A DNA stretch of 64,000 nucleotides, from positions 620,001 through 684,000 of the forward strand of contig AP026164.1 in the NCBI GenBank assembly GCA_030295235.1. Reading direction: 5' to 3'. The notes beneath the pieces are model-generated. The model was given only the letters and a program-made list of their open reading frames with translations. It searched no databases and was not told the origin of the DNA. A program made the position numbers and the translations under genes. Shown piece by piece: positions 25,731 to 36,520 of the stretch; position 1 is the stretch's first letter, and each line of letters opens with the position of its first letter. Source of the DNA: Fistulifera solaris (lineage: Eukaryota).

Positions 25731-28148
25731 TTAAATAATAGCTATGGTTTTAGCCATTGATCGAACTTTCGCTTGTCGGCGGAGCTCGGCCATTTCAAAA
25801 AGAGACGGTATTTTTGGCACGCATCCACATGCACACCTATTGTCGTGTGTCACATTTTGTGTTGGTAGTACCAGGGCTCCATTGGTTTGAGGTTGAGTGG
25901 GATGGACTACACCAGACGGAGTCGTTGGCTCCTCTCTTGTCAGCCCAAAAGGCTGGCAGAAGTTCAATTGCGGGGCACGCGAGGCTTGTGCATCTCCGTT
26001 TTGAGAACCGGCCAACGAGATCTGATCATCTGCATTTGAATAAATTGGCTGGCAAAATTCAAGAGTTGAAAGGTCAAAGGTGAGTTCTCGTCTTTGCCTC
26101 GTTGCTGAGTAGCATTGGCGATCCTCGGTACCGGTGTTTTAGCTTGCTCAATTTGTGTTGGAAAACTTTCATTCAAAACGAAGCGAGACCCAACTGCTAG
26201 GTGGTCACTCGGCCATGAACTACTGGGGAGTAAGTGACCTCGGGCGATACTGCTTGAATTAAGATCGTTTACCCTTTGCGGAACGTAAAGCCGGTGCGTC
26301 AGTTCCATCTTCTTTGCATCGAAAAATATGTAATCCAGCGTATCCACGAAATCGTGTGTTACGTTGGTAAAAGGTAAGAGCTCACCGATCACATTGGCAT
26401 TGCTGTCTTTTTTTTGCATATGCGCTTTCCAGTCTGAATGGGCATGCTGTGTTTTCGCACTTTAGCCATTCAATGACATTTAACCGAGACTCGAGATTGG
26501 TTTCAGGAAAGTCGCCGCCATCCGAGTTCAATTGTTCTACTGAGACATGATCAAAGATGCCAAGTCTACCTGTATATGGAACACCCGCGCGTAGGCAAAT
26601 TTTCAGCAATCGCGTTGCTGTTGTCTTCACGCGCGATGCAGAACTCGTCGGAATATCACACCACCAGTAAGGCTGCTTGCAACCGTCACATTGATAAACC
26701 TCCAAGCTGTTTCCCTCGGCATCATTAATTAAAGTTTCTGGTGCTTCATAGGCTATAAGAATATTTTTAGCCTGATAGGCATCTTCGACACAAACAATGA
26801 GCCCGTTACACACGACGCATCGACTAAGAAATTTAGAAGGCTCCAACACGACGCCGTGTGTGACCAGCATTTGCGCTAGCGCCCCCTCTAGATTTCGCAG
26901 ACCAGTTGGGCTAATGCAATAAGCACTACTCGGACAATCTTTACGTTGTAAAAGACGATTTGAAGTGGTAACCAGTGTTCGGCGCTCTTTCCTACATCTT
27001 TCCAGAACAATCATTCTTCGTTCGTCTTTGTCCATTGTCGTGCGAAGCCGTTCCTCTTCTTCCGTTTCTAGTTCGGCGTCAATACCCATGATTCGCAGCC
27101 AGCGACATAGCTTATTTAGAGTGAAATCCAGTAGATATCGGGGTGCACAAGGAGTACTTTGTCTTGGAGCCGAATGTAAGATGAGCTGACCCATATCATC
27201 CACAATCTTTACAAGTTCATCCTTTTCTAGACCAGGCTCATTGTACCATGGAGCCACATGCTTCATGTTAATGATACCCTGCGTCAAATACGAATGAGTC
27301 GCTCCCCCTGGCCGTGAATTTAAGTCCCCCGCAAAAGAAAAGCTTCGTCATCCTTGCAGAATTTCCGGGCGCGCGTCAAAATATAATGCGCTTGACATAC
27401 TTTGACATACTCAAAGGCTGGATGCCAAAACAAATGGCTTTCTCAAGTTTCGTGAGGTGAATGAAATAGGGTGATTCCCTGTAAGAAAAACGGGGAAAAC
27501 TTACGCATTGGCCACAACTACGGTCTGCTTGGTCCTTCGATGTTGAATGCGAACGAGCAGGGCAACATTTCGACGAAGAAACGATTGCTGAATACCTTGA
27601 AGATTTCCATTGTTACCACTGCTAATCTGATCAGGTACATTGCAATTATCTGCCAAGAGAAAAGCCAGATCGTCTAGCCGAACGAGTTCGTCCTCCAAAA
27701 TCATCCAATCGGCATTTCGCACATAAACGACACAGGAATCGACTCTCCCCCCAGTACTGCCTCCACCCTTTTGACTGCGCGGTGTTTCGACACCAACATA
27801 ACCTTTCTCTCGTAGAGTGTCGCCAACATCGTCCATATCGACTTCTTGTAAACAAAAAACATCAGCATTCAACTTTCGCAAGCACCGACAAATGAGTGCT
27901 TTGCGTCGATGTGGAGAAAAGACCGTCGATTGATACGCGGCTGGTAGATTGCTCTGTGATCTTCGGCTACAGTAGCTATTCGCCAATATATTCCATGAGA
28001 TGATAGATATCTCTGTGGATTGTTGTGGATATTCTTTTGCTTTCACCGGATAAAAATCAATCCGATCGACCCACGTTTCTTCTTTCGGTTGCGTCTTTTC
28101 CTTCTTGGCACGCTTTGTTGCATTCCGGGCCTTTCGTGGCTTTGTCAT
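25731..28148 (-). CDS. CCR4/Angel-like EEP nuclease with an internal Mut7-C RNase domain
   Basis: SWNILA, CLQEVD, VVANA|HLFWHP, GDLNS, then Mut7-C (LDFTLNKLCRWLRIMGID, RCVVCN, CDGCKQPYWW), then FTN, LDYIF and PSDH. One intron from 27504 and frameshifts near 27335, 26410 and ~26000. Confidence 0.8.
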
Positions 28149-28494
28149 GTTGTTCGTGCTAATGAATGTATTTTTTCAATTCTCAGTAAGAAGTGGCGTG
28201 CAATTAATTGAATAGCAACGGCTTTTTATCGGAGATTATAGGACGACGAGCAGGAGCTCTCCTCACAGCGGCCACAGGCACACCGCGTGCAACAAAATGG
28301 AAGCTGAGTTTTCAGTACTATAAAACGTGAAAGAATTTCGGCGGATACAGTTTGAGTACCGTTAAAAAGTTGAGTACCCTACCATGGGTTTTAGCCGCCC
28401 CGCAATGAGGACGACGACAAAGAACTACCTGGTACCGTACCTTGTACTCCTAAAATAATGATAATATTGCGATTGTGAGCTTTGGCTTTTGCCG

Positions 28495-29928
28495 ATGCCA
28501 GAAACTGTAACCGTAAGCGTTCATGGAGTGCAGTTGAAGCGCTTTGAACAAGTTGTGGCAAAGTTGTTGACGCACATCACACCGCGGTATTCGCAATTGC
28601 CTTCTCCGCCTCATCCATTTCGAGAATGGAAGGGAACAGGGAAACAGGGACAGATTGAAGATCCCGTTCGCGCCCAGCGCAAACAAGATCAGATAAAATC
28701 GCTGATGCGCTGCATTTTGTCTCTTTTACCAGAACAAGTGGTTTCTTCCGAAACATCCACGAAAAAGGTGGAAGAATCTTATACAATTGTCGATTTCGGA
28801 GGAGGATCGGGACATTTATCAATCCCACTGGCGTTGACGTTGCCTCAATGTCGCATTATTTGTGTCGATCTCAGTGCTCCTGCTTTAACTTTATTGCACG
28901 AGAAAGTAAAGGAGTTTTGCACGGCCACGGCAGTGTCTTTTCGTGGAGCAGCCTCAACAGCAACAAACAACTCGAAGAACCTACAGGCAACCTGCATTCC
29001 CAATTTGTTCACCTTCCATGGCCCTGTTCAAGCTTTCGACTCTCATTTAGACATGGCGGTGGCCTTACATTTGTGCGGAGAAGCGACGGATGTTGCGTTA
29101 CGAGTCGCTGCCGAACGAAAGGCCTCGGCAATGGTTATATCTCCATGCTGTGTGGGGAAATTAGCTGGTGATGGTGGCAATCCGTATGTTTTTCAAGCGA
29201 GCGGTCAAAATCATTCCACAATTTCGTATCCTCAATCCAATACATTCTGTCAGCTCATTCTTGGGACTGCCGCATCGGTCAACAAGTACAATCGGAAAGT
29301 CAAAACATCGGAACATTCGAATCCAGCCGAATTGACAAATCACGTTGGTAGTGACAGGAGTGATTGGGATGCCTTGGCCAAAAGTGCGGACTACAGCTCC
29401 ATGCCAGAAACTCGAACGCCACGGAATGCGGCTCGGCGGACGGCAAAAGCCTTGCTAGAGACAGATCGAAGCTTGTTTTTGCAAGAAGCATTTCAATATG
29501 AGACTTGTCTGACGCGAATGGATCCGTGGGAAGCGAGTCCCAAAAACGATATTATACTGGCCTGGCGTCAAGTGAGTCAATATCCATCTTATCATCCAGT
29601 TAATATGCCACCGGACGTGCTGTGCGAACGCGATATTCTTCAAACTATGAATCATTTGTTGAATACGCATAATGAGAAAGACAGGGTTCACTGTGATACT
29701 GTAGATTGGACCAAGGAAGAAGAGGACGAAATAAGACAGAAAATAATAGAATTTTTAGAGTCACAATCGGGAAACAGTGGTGTATTATTGTTTCCTACAC
29801 GCATGGGTGGCCGGAAACGCAAGTTAATCCATTTTGTAGCGGAACAAATGCAGCTCGCGCACTGGTCACACGGTAGGAAAGAAGCGGAAAAAACTGTGGC
29901 TGTTTCTCGCGTACGTCAAGAAATATGA
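28495..29928 (+). CDS. SAM-dependent methyltransferase (GSTCD/Methyltransf_32-like) with C-terminal R3H domain
   Basis: VDFGGGSGHL, ALHLCGEATD, PCCVGK and SPKNDI. C-terminal FPTRMGGRKRKLIHFVAEQMQLAHWSHG (R3H). Confidence 0.8.
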   Translation: MPETVTVSVHGVQLKRFEQVVAKLLTHITPRYSQLPSPPHPFREWKGTGKQGQIEDPVRAQRKQDQIKSLMRCILSLLPEQVVSSETSTKKVEESYTIVDFGGGSGHLSIPLALTLPQCRIICVDLSAPALTLLHEKVKEFCTATAVSFRGAASTATNNSKNLQATCIPNLFTFHGPVQAFDSHLDMAVALHLCGEATDVALRVAAERKASAMVISPCCVGKLAGDGGNPYVFQASGQNHSTISYPQSNTFCQLILGTAASVNKYNRKVKTSEHSNPAELTNHVGSDRSDWDALAKSADYSSMPETRTPRNAARRTAKALLETDRSLFLQEAFQYETCLTRMDPWEASPKNDIILAWRQVSQYPSYHPVNMPPDVLCERDILQTMNHLLNTHNEKDRVHCDTVDWTKEEEDEIRQKIIEFLESQSGNSGVLLFPTRMGGRKRKLIHFVAEQMQLAHWSHGRKEAEKTVAVSRVRQEI

Positions 29929-30138
29929 TAGCTTTGTTGAAAGCGGACAAAATGCACATCACCACGAGGCTGACACAATTCTTCTAACGTGCGATCTACT
30001 CGCATGCATTAGCCAAAATGTGTCACCTGCTGTTTGTTAAGCTACCTGGTAGTGTAGTAGACTCTGCCACCCAGTGGTTGTCTAAGATACATGCATTTGA
30101 GTAAAGGATACTACAGACTTATTACAGAGACTTCTTCT

Positions 30139-31116
30139 TTAAAGTTGTTCCTGCAGTTTCGCCAGCTCGGCTTGCTTCGCTGCCAGAATGGCTTGTAAGT
30201 CTGCCAAATCGACATCGGCATCTTCCTCTTCTTCTTCATCATCCTCTTCGTCGCCATCGGACTCGGCATTTTCATCGGCTCCCGCCTGTTCACCTTCCGG
30301 CTCCTCTGTGAGATCATCTTCCCCATCGTCCTGAATCTCAATCGCCGTCTCGATCTCTTCTGCGCGTGTTTCATTAGCCTGCTCACTCACTTCCGGCGTG
30401 GGTGTTGATTCGGTGACTACAGGCTCTGGTTCTACTGGTGTTTGAGGTAAAGGGATGGGTGCATTCACTACAGCAGACGGAACAGAAAGCGATTCATTCA
30501 TTTCCATTTGCATTCGGCGGCGGTAGTGCTTGTTTGGACTATCATCATACTGCCCTTGACGGATATTCTGACCCGCTGCAGTCGAGCGGAGCTTCGTTTT
30601 AGTCCAATTTGGTTTGAACGCCGGTCGCTCCGCCTGACGGCCGTATCTTCCGTAGTCAGTTTGATGCGAGTTGTTGGGAATACCTTCGGAACTATACATA
30701 GTCCTTAATTTCTCAATAAAGCCAGGAGGAAGTTTAGCTCCGCGTAAATAGGATTGATAGTCCGGATCTGATTCTTTGACACCAAATCCTTCGAGCACCT
30801 TCGGGTCGATTCGAAAGTTACGACCGCTGGCTCTCGGACTCGCCGGGCTTTCTTCTCCTTTTTCGCTACGGCCCTGCCAGTTGCTGTTGAAAGCAACAGG
30901 GATACCATCAGATCCCAGCTTCAAGTTTCCCTCTTCGTCAAACAGAGCCCCCATATCGTTGATTTCAGCAAACTGATTGAAGTATGTTGCCATTTGTTCC
31001 TCTAGCTGACGCTGCGCCTGCTCCTCGTCAAGATCCAAAATATAATGCGGTGTGCATTCCATCCACCACTCAGGAACGCGGCCGACTCCTACAGGTAAAT
31101 CTTCCACTTGAGCCAT
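30139..31116 (-). CDS. Uncharacterised protein: GVGRVPxWW N-terminal domain, one KPxW module, acidic coiled tail
   Basis: Clean 325-aa ORF. Paralogous to 36521..38259. Confidence 0.8.
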   Translation of the reverse strand: MAQVEDLPVGVGRVPEWWMECTPHYILDLDEEQAQRQLEEQMATYFNQFAEINDMGALFDEEGNLKLGSDGIPVAFNSNWQGRSEKGEESPASPRASGRNFRIDPKVLEGFGVKESDPDYQSYLRGAKLPPGFIEKLRTMYSSEGIPNNSHQTDYGRYGRQAERPAFKPNWTKTKLRSTAAGQNIRQGQYDDSPNKHYRRRMQMEMNESLSVPSAVVNAPIPLPQTPVEPEPVVTESTPTPEVSEQANETRAEEIETAIEIQDDGEDDLTEEPEGEQAGADENAESDGDEEDDEEEEEDADVDLADLQAILAAKQAELAKLQEQL

Positions 31117-31677
31117 GATTTGCTGTTTTTGAAGCTTTGTATGGTTGTAACGTGGCTAGGTTTGGTTATCCACGGTTGCGTTTTTGTTCTGGTCATTGAT
31201 AAACGGCTTTCGAGGGTCTTGGTTAAAGCAGCATCGGGGATCTTTTCACGAAAGCGAGGGGAGGTGGGTCATTTCTTTTCTTGAATGGCTTTCGATGGCA
31301 TGACAGACGAAAACTGATTAGGCTATGCTATACTGAGTACTAATAACGATGACTTATGACCTGAGCCTAAACCCGAGTGGTGACTCAATTCTTTCCGTAC
31401 AAGTAGGAACTCCGCCGCATTGATTTTTCAGAACGTTTGAGTTGGTGATCTGCTCCTATCGATTCTCTACCAAAGAATAATCAAACGAGTGATGTCTACT
31501 AGAATGGTGTATTTGGCTTCATCCAAACATGCAATACTATCAACGATTTGAATCAGCTAGATTCAAGCGTTATTCTTGTTAGTTAACATCGAAAAGGTCA
31601 TGTAATAGTAAATATGACTATAGAGGTCTAAACATTTTGAGCAAACGCAATCAAGACTGTTCAAAAATGAGGGTCGA

Positions 31678-32309
31678 TCAGCTTGCAGCGCTCATGTTCG
31701 AGCTGCTGCCGCACAAATTTTGGGGTCCGAACAAGTCCTCGACCGACAATTTTCGAACCAATCCTTGACGAGGAGTTCGGGTTGCACTGCGCATGAACTC
31801 TAAGCTACCTGAAGACTTGTAACTTCTCGGTTTCGTCCGTTTATCCAAAGTGGAAAGAATCACTTTCCCTTCTTGGCCATCAAATGAAATGTTGCGAGTG
31901 ACACCCCGTCTTGGAGGCGAGTCGCATTCACGGCGAGGTTTAGGGAAACTTTCGTCCGAGAAGGAGGTGTTTCTTCCTGGTGGGATTCGAAGATGATGGG
32001 TTCGCCCGCTGGGATCCTTGGGGCTTGGTGTAGAACATGCGTGAATCATCTCAGTCTTCGATAGAACAGATCTGGGTGTTTTTGTACTCATTTCGTCCTC
32101 CATAGTATTCGATGTTTCCGCTGCAATGCTGCGATCCTCCTCGTTTGAATCCGTCCCATCGACCTCCTCATCACTTTCAACGACGACCACAGATTCGTCC
32201 TCAAAGTCTTCTCCGTCACTTCCCAATTCACTGATCGAGTGAAACGAGCCATGAAACGAGTCTCCGAGCGTTCCACTCTTCTTTTCGGGCTGCTCAAATA
32301 TTCGGCCAT
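31678..32309 (-). CDS. Hypothetical disordered Ser/acid-rich protein
   Basis: ORF 31678..32226, probably starting at ATG 32309 through a frameshift. No recognisable domain. Confidence 0.5.
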
Positions 32310-33365
32310 GTTCACTATGGACTCTGATTACACTGTTTTGGTAGTGAAAGATTGCAATTTATGATTTCTTCCAGCTTTCGGCACGAAATGTTTGCTTTGC
32401 ATTGAAAGGAAAGGGAAGTCGCGAAAATGCGTTATTGCGTATCGCGTACTGGTAGTCCTAAAAAAAGGCCCGGAGCGCTTTCATGTTACCAGTACAATGC
32501 CTCAAGTCACACACAATAAAGTGCACCCAGTCGAAGCCTGCTTCTTGCGCCGCGGCTTCTTACTTCTCAGTGCTCAGTTCATTGAACGGGTCATTCGTCG
32601 TTCTTCCGGAAAACGCAGCGGTACTTGATCTACATCCTACGCAATACGCAATGTTCGAATACAGTTATGACTTATGACCTCCGCTACTCTTAATAGGCTA
32701 TGGTCTATGGTCTGTCATCGATGTTGCCCCGAAACTGGTGAACTGTGGACTGTGGAGAATCCCTGGATCTCAAATCTCAGTGAACAACGAACAACGAACA
32801 GATATTTGTACTAATCGAAGGAGTGTGAATGTGTAACCAGTAATCAGGTACGGTACCGGTACGCTGATTGTACAAAGTACCTACCTACAACGGTCTACGT
32901 CCGTCCGCGTCCCACGTAGCACTGGTAAGTCCCGAGTCCCTCTAGTGATTGAGGATCAGTATGAGAACGAATGATGCATGATCTAATTAACAAATCTTCC
33001 AGCTACAGAACATGACGAGGAGCATCAACCAATATCTATAAATTAACATCAAAATAATAAAGCCTAAAGCTTACTTCTTGAAATATGATGTTCTATCTTT
33101 CTCCTTCACATTGGATCTGGGACACTCGTTCTCCTAGATTCTTCGACGACGAAGCTCTCGAGAAAAATTCCATTGACGTTATCTCTACTTACTCTTCCAT
33201 AACGATGTCATATCATTTATGAGAGAAAAAAGTTAATAGGTATGCTGAAATCTAATAATTATCAATTTATTTGCACGACCATTACACGACCGGGCGTCAG
33301 ACCCAAGACACAATGGAATGAGAAAGTTCGACAAGCAGAAGGTAAAACATAGTTTTCGTCGATTT

Positions 33366-33752
33366 CTAATCATCGACAGGTTTGATGCCACCAATGGGTC
33401 TAGCAATTTCTTTTCCTTCTTTCAAAGCAGCACCCTTGTCACTGGTCTTGATCGGAGCATTCTTCGTCCAGTCGGGCTTTTCCCACTGGAGATTTCCTTC
33501 GGTGTGAGGAAGGCTCGTAATAGGCTTCGCAAGATCGCCTTGGATTCGCTGTCCTTCTTTGGCAGCAGCTTCACCAGTCCATTCGGGCTTCTTGAAATCC
33601 AGGTCTTCTTGTTTCTGATGCGGCAGATTTGTGATGGGCTTGGCCAAGTTGCCTCCCGATTTCAGGTCGGTGCCCTTTCCGGTAGACCGAAGCTTGGGGC
33701 CATTTGTAGCCCAGTCGGGTTTCTTCCAGGAAAGATCTTTATCGTCGTCCAT
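33366..33752 (-). CDS. 128-aa protein made almost entirely of three KPxW repeats
   Basis: MDDDKDLSWKKPDW...LAKPIT / FKKPEW...LAKPIT / WEKPDW...IARPIGGIK. ATG at 33752. Confidence 0.85.
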   Translation of the reverse strand: MDDDKDLSWKKPDWATNGPKLRSTGKGTDLKSGGNLAKPITNLPHQKQEDLDFKKPEWTGEAAAKEGQRIQGDLAKPITSLPHTEGNLQWEKPDWTKNAPIKTSDKGAALKEGKEIARPIGGIKPVDD

Positions 33753-34658
33753 GGTTTTAGCGTCTCTGTGGTGATAGCAACGATCTTTGAGGTTGCTCTG
33801 CCGTTTGATGTTCTTTTGATTTTTTGTGCCAGCTGCACACAAGAAGCACGGAGGAGCGATCGAGGTCTACAATCGTGGTAAGACAAGGGCAGTTAAAAGA
33901 TCTTTTACACTGTCCGATAAAAAGTAAGCAGAGCAATCTTTCGGCTTGCCTTGGCAAGACTTCGATTTGGCGCGCGCTTTTAGAGGTCATTATTTCGGTC
34001 ATTTTGATTGGGGTCATTATTTTGCGTGCGTCGTGCGTCGTCCGTCGTCCGGCGTCCGGCCCTCTGAAACTTGCTTTCGTCTGGATGAAGACTTACCGGT
34101 TCTAAAAGTCATTGTGCCACTGAAAGAGAATGACGCCTGAAACGTCCTTTCTTTTTTCTTTTCTAAAAACTTTCCACAGGCCACAGGCCACAGGTACCGA
34201 TACCGGGTACTCATAGTCATAGGACTTTTGGTACTCGTTTTGCATTGTTTTAAGAAGAAGATCAAGCGCCATTAGCTCTACCTTCGAGCCCAACAGTAAT
34301 TCAATAATGTCAGTCTTTCATCCGCCCATCGAGTTTGTTCACGTAGGTTACGGTCGTAAATTATCGAATGAATAGTGTGTTGACGTAGTAAGCGGTTAAC
34401 AACAGCCTCATCTTGATCATGAATAAAAGGGAGCAAAATTATCCAACTTTGACTTCTTTTCTCCCTTCTGCTATTTCTTGTTCATAAACATTAGTTTGAA
34501 TTAAAAGAATAACAAGAAAAGAAAGAATAAAAGCTGAAACACGCGTCTAATAAAATTACTGCTGGTGAGCCCTTTACCGGCCGAGACATTTGCGACACCG
34601 CCGCTTGAATCTATAATTTACTGCGGCTTACCTGTTGAAACAAAACGACTGCTTTGAG

Positions 34659-36369
34659 ATGGCGGAAGAAGATGACATCGAAACGGATCCTCTGGCGCCC
34701 TATCAGAAGGAGAAAGTGATATGGAGCGAACATATGGCAGAAGCCCGACCTTTTCTGATGCCAGACGACGAAAATGAAGGGGAAGTTGTTGAAATACTTC
34801 CACCGGAAAAAGAGAATCGCAAAATAATGTGGGCGGACGAAATTCATATTTGCGAGATGCCGAATAGACGACAGCTTGGTATGATAACGGATGAAGAAGA
34901 TGACGAAGATGATAATAGCTACGAAATTGAAATCGTTGAAGATGATGGCGATGCCGACTTTTATCTTGAGATTGTCGACGGAGAAATCTTTTACGTGTTC
35001 GAAACCGAAGACGATTCGGATGAGGATATGGATGATGGTAGTCTTTCAGACACAGGGTCGGTCATTGAGGAACCTCGGCCGACGCTTTCTTTACCAACAT
35101 CGCAAATGATGGCACTCCCATTGGGTGACGATGACCGTGATGCGGTACATCAAACGGAGAGCTCTGCGATGGTTATCGATGATGTCCCGTTGCATTTAGT
35201 TGAACTAGAAGAGGAAGTGGTCAATATGGAGGATGATAAGGTAGTAGAGTCGATGCCGCAGCAAGAACAAGGTGACGATGAAGTGGCTAGGCCTGATGCA
35301 GAAGAAACAGATGCTCGCAAAGCAATGGATGCTACCATTCCTGTCGAAGAAATTCCTTCACCAGTTGACTTTATGTCTCCACTTACTACTCCTGAACAAG
35401 AACCGAAAGCTAAGATGGCACCCGGTCCGTCAGAACGGGTGGCTCTTATGATTCCATCATCACCGCAAGCCCCTGCACCGGTTTCGTTGAAAGCGCCACC
35501 TAAGTCTCCAACTAGCCCAGGACGGTCCATTTTGAAGGCATGTCCACCGAGCCCACAACGCAGACCTAGAGAAAACAAAGAGAAGAAGGCCAAAGGAATT
35601 AGAAAGACATACGTCAGAGCCGATACATTCGATGGTGAACATCAGGTATTTACGTGGACAAAGCCGGATTGGGTTCAAGAAAACAAGTTGAAGCAGACCG
35701 ATCGTGGTCAAGACGTACGCCAGGGAGTCAACCTGGCGAGTCCTATTACTTTTCCCAAGCAGGGCAAAAGGTACCACGAACAGAATGATCACCACGCCAA
35801 GGACGTATATGAAGACGAGAATGGTAATGTAATTGACAAGGAAGAACTCATTCGACGTATCCAAGCGGGCGAAGAAGGGGTCATGGCTTTTGTTCCTCGT
35901 CCTACTTACGGAGGAAAATATCAACGAAAGCTGCGTTTCAGTGAGAAAGGGCAGCAAATCCGGAGTGGCGTGAATCTAGAGAAGCCTATTACCAAGGCTA
36001 CTGTTGATCGAAAGCGTGACGATATAAACTTGTTGGCACAACCGAAGGATGTTCTGAAGAAGCATGTGCAGGTTGAAAAGAAAGAGTACGGTTGGCAAAA
36101 AACCGGAATGGGCGAAGAAGGCACCAAACAAACTCATGCATAGCCCTTCCAAAGCAAGGAAACATTACACGTGGGATGCTCCGGAATGGACGAAGCCGAA
36201 CCTAAAGGGATCAGGAAGAGGCGATGCGATGAAGAAGTTGGGGAAGTTAGAGAAACCTATTACGCATATTGCTGAACATGTAAGGCGTCACTCAGGAACG
36301 AAAACTGGGCTACCAATAGACACAGACCAGGAGTCGGAAGAAATGACTCTTACCGAGATTGAAGATTGA
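34659..36369 (+). CDS. Acidic/Pro-rich protein with four C-terminal KPxW-type modules
   Basis: ORFs 34635..36143 and 36064..36369 join on removing one A at ~36100, restoring WQKPEW. Confidence 0.8.
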
Positions 36370-36520
36370 TTGCCATGCGGTATTTGGAACAGCCTAGTTT
36401 TGTAACATATCCAGCAAAATCGTATAGCCACATATTGCCCATATCATACACCTAGGAAGCATCTTGCTAAAAAAGATTAAAATAAACGAAGAACTATACT
36501 GTTGGTTGGCCTGACGTTAA

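Noticed and set aside
33318..33881. 187-aa plus-strand ORF
   Set aside because: Antisense shadow of the KPxW repeat gene, with no independent features.
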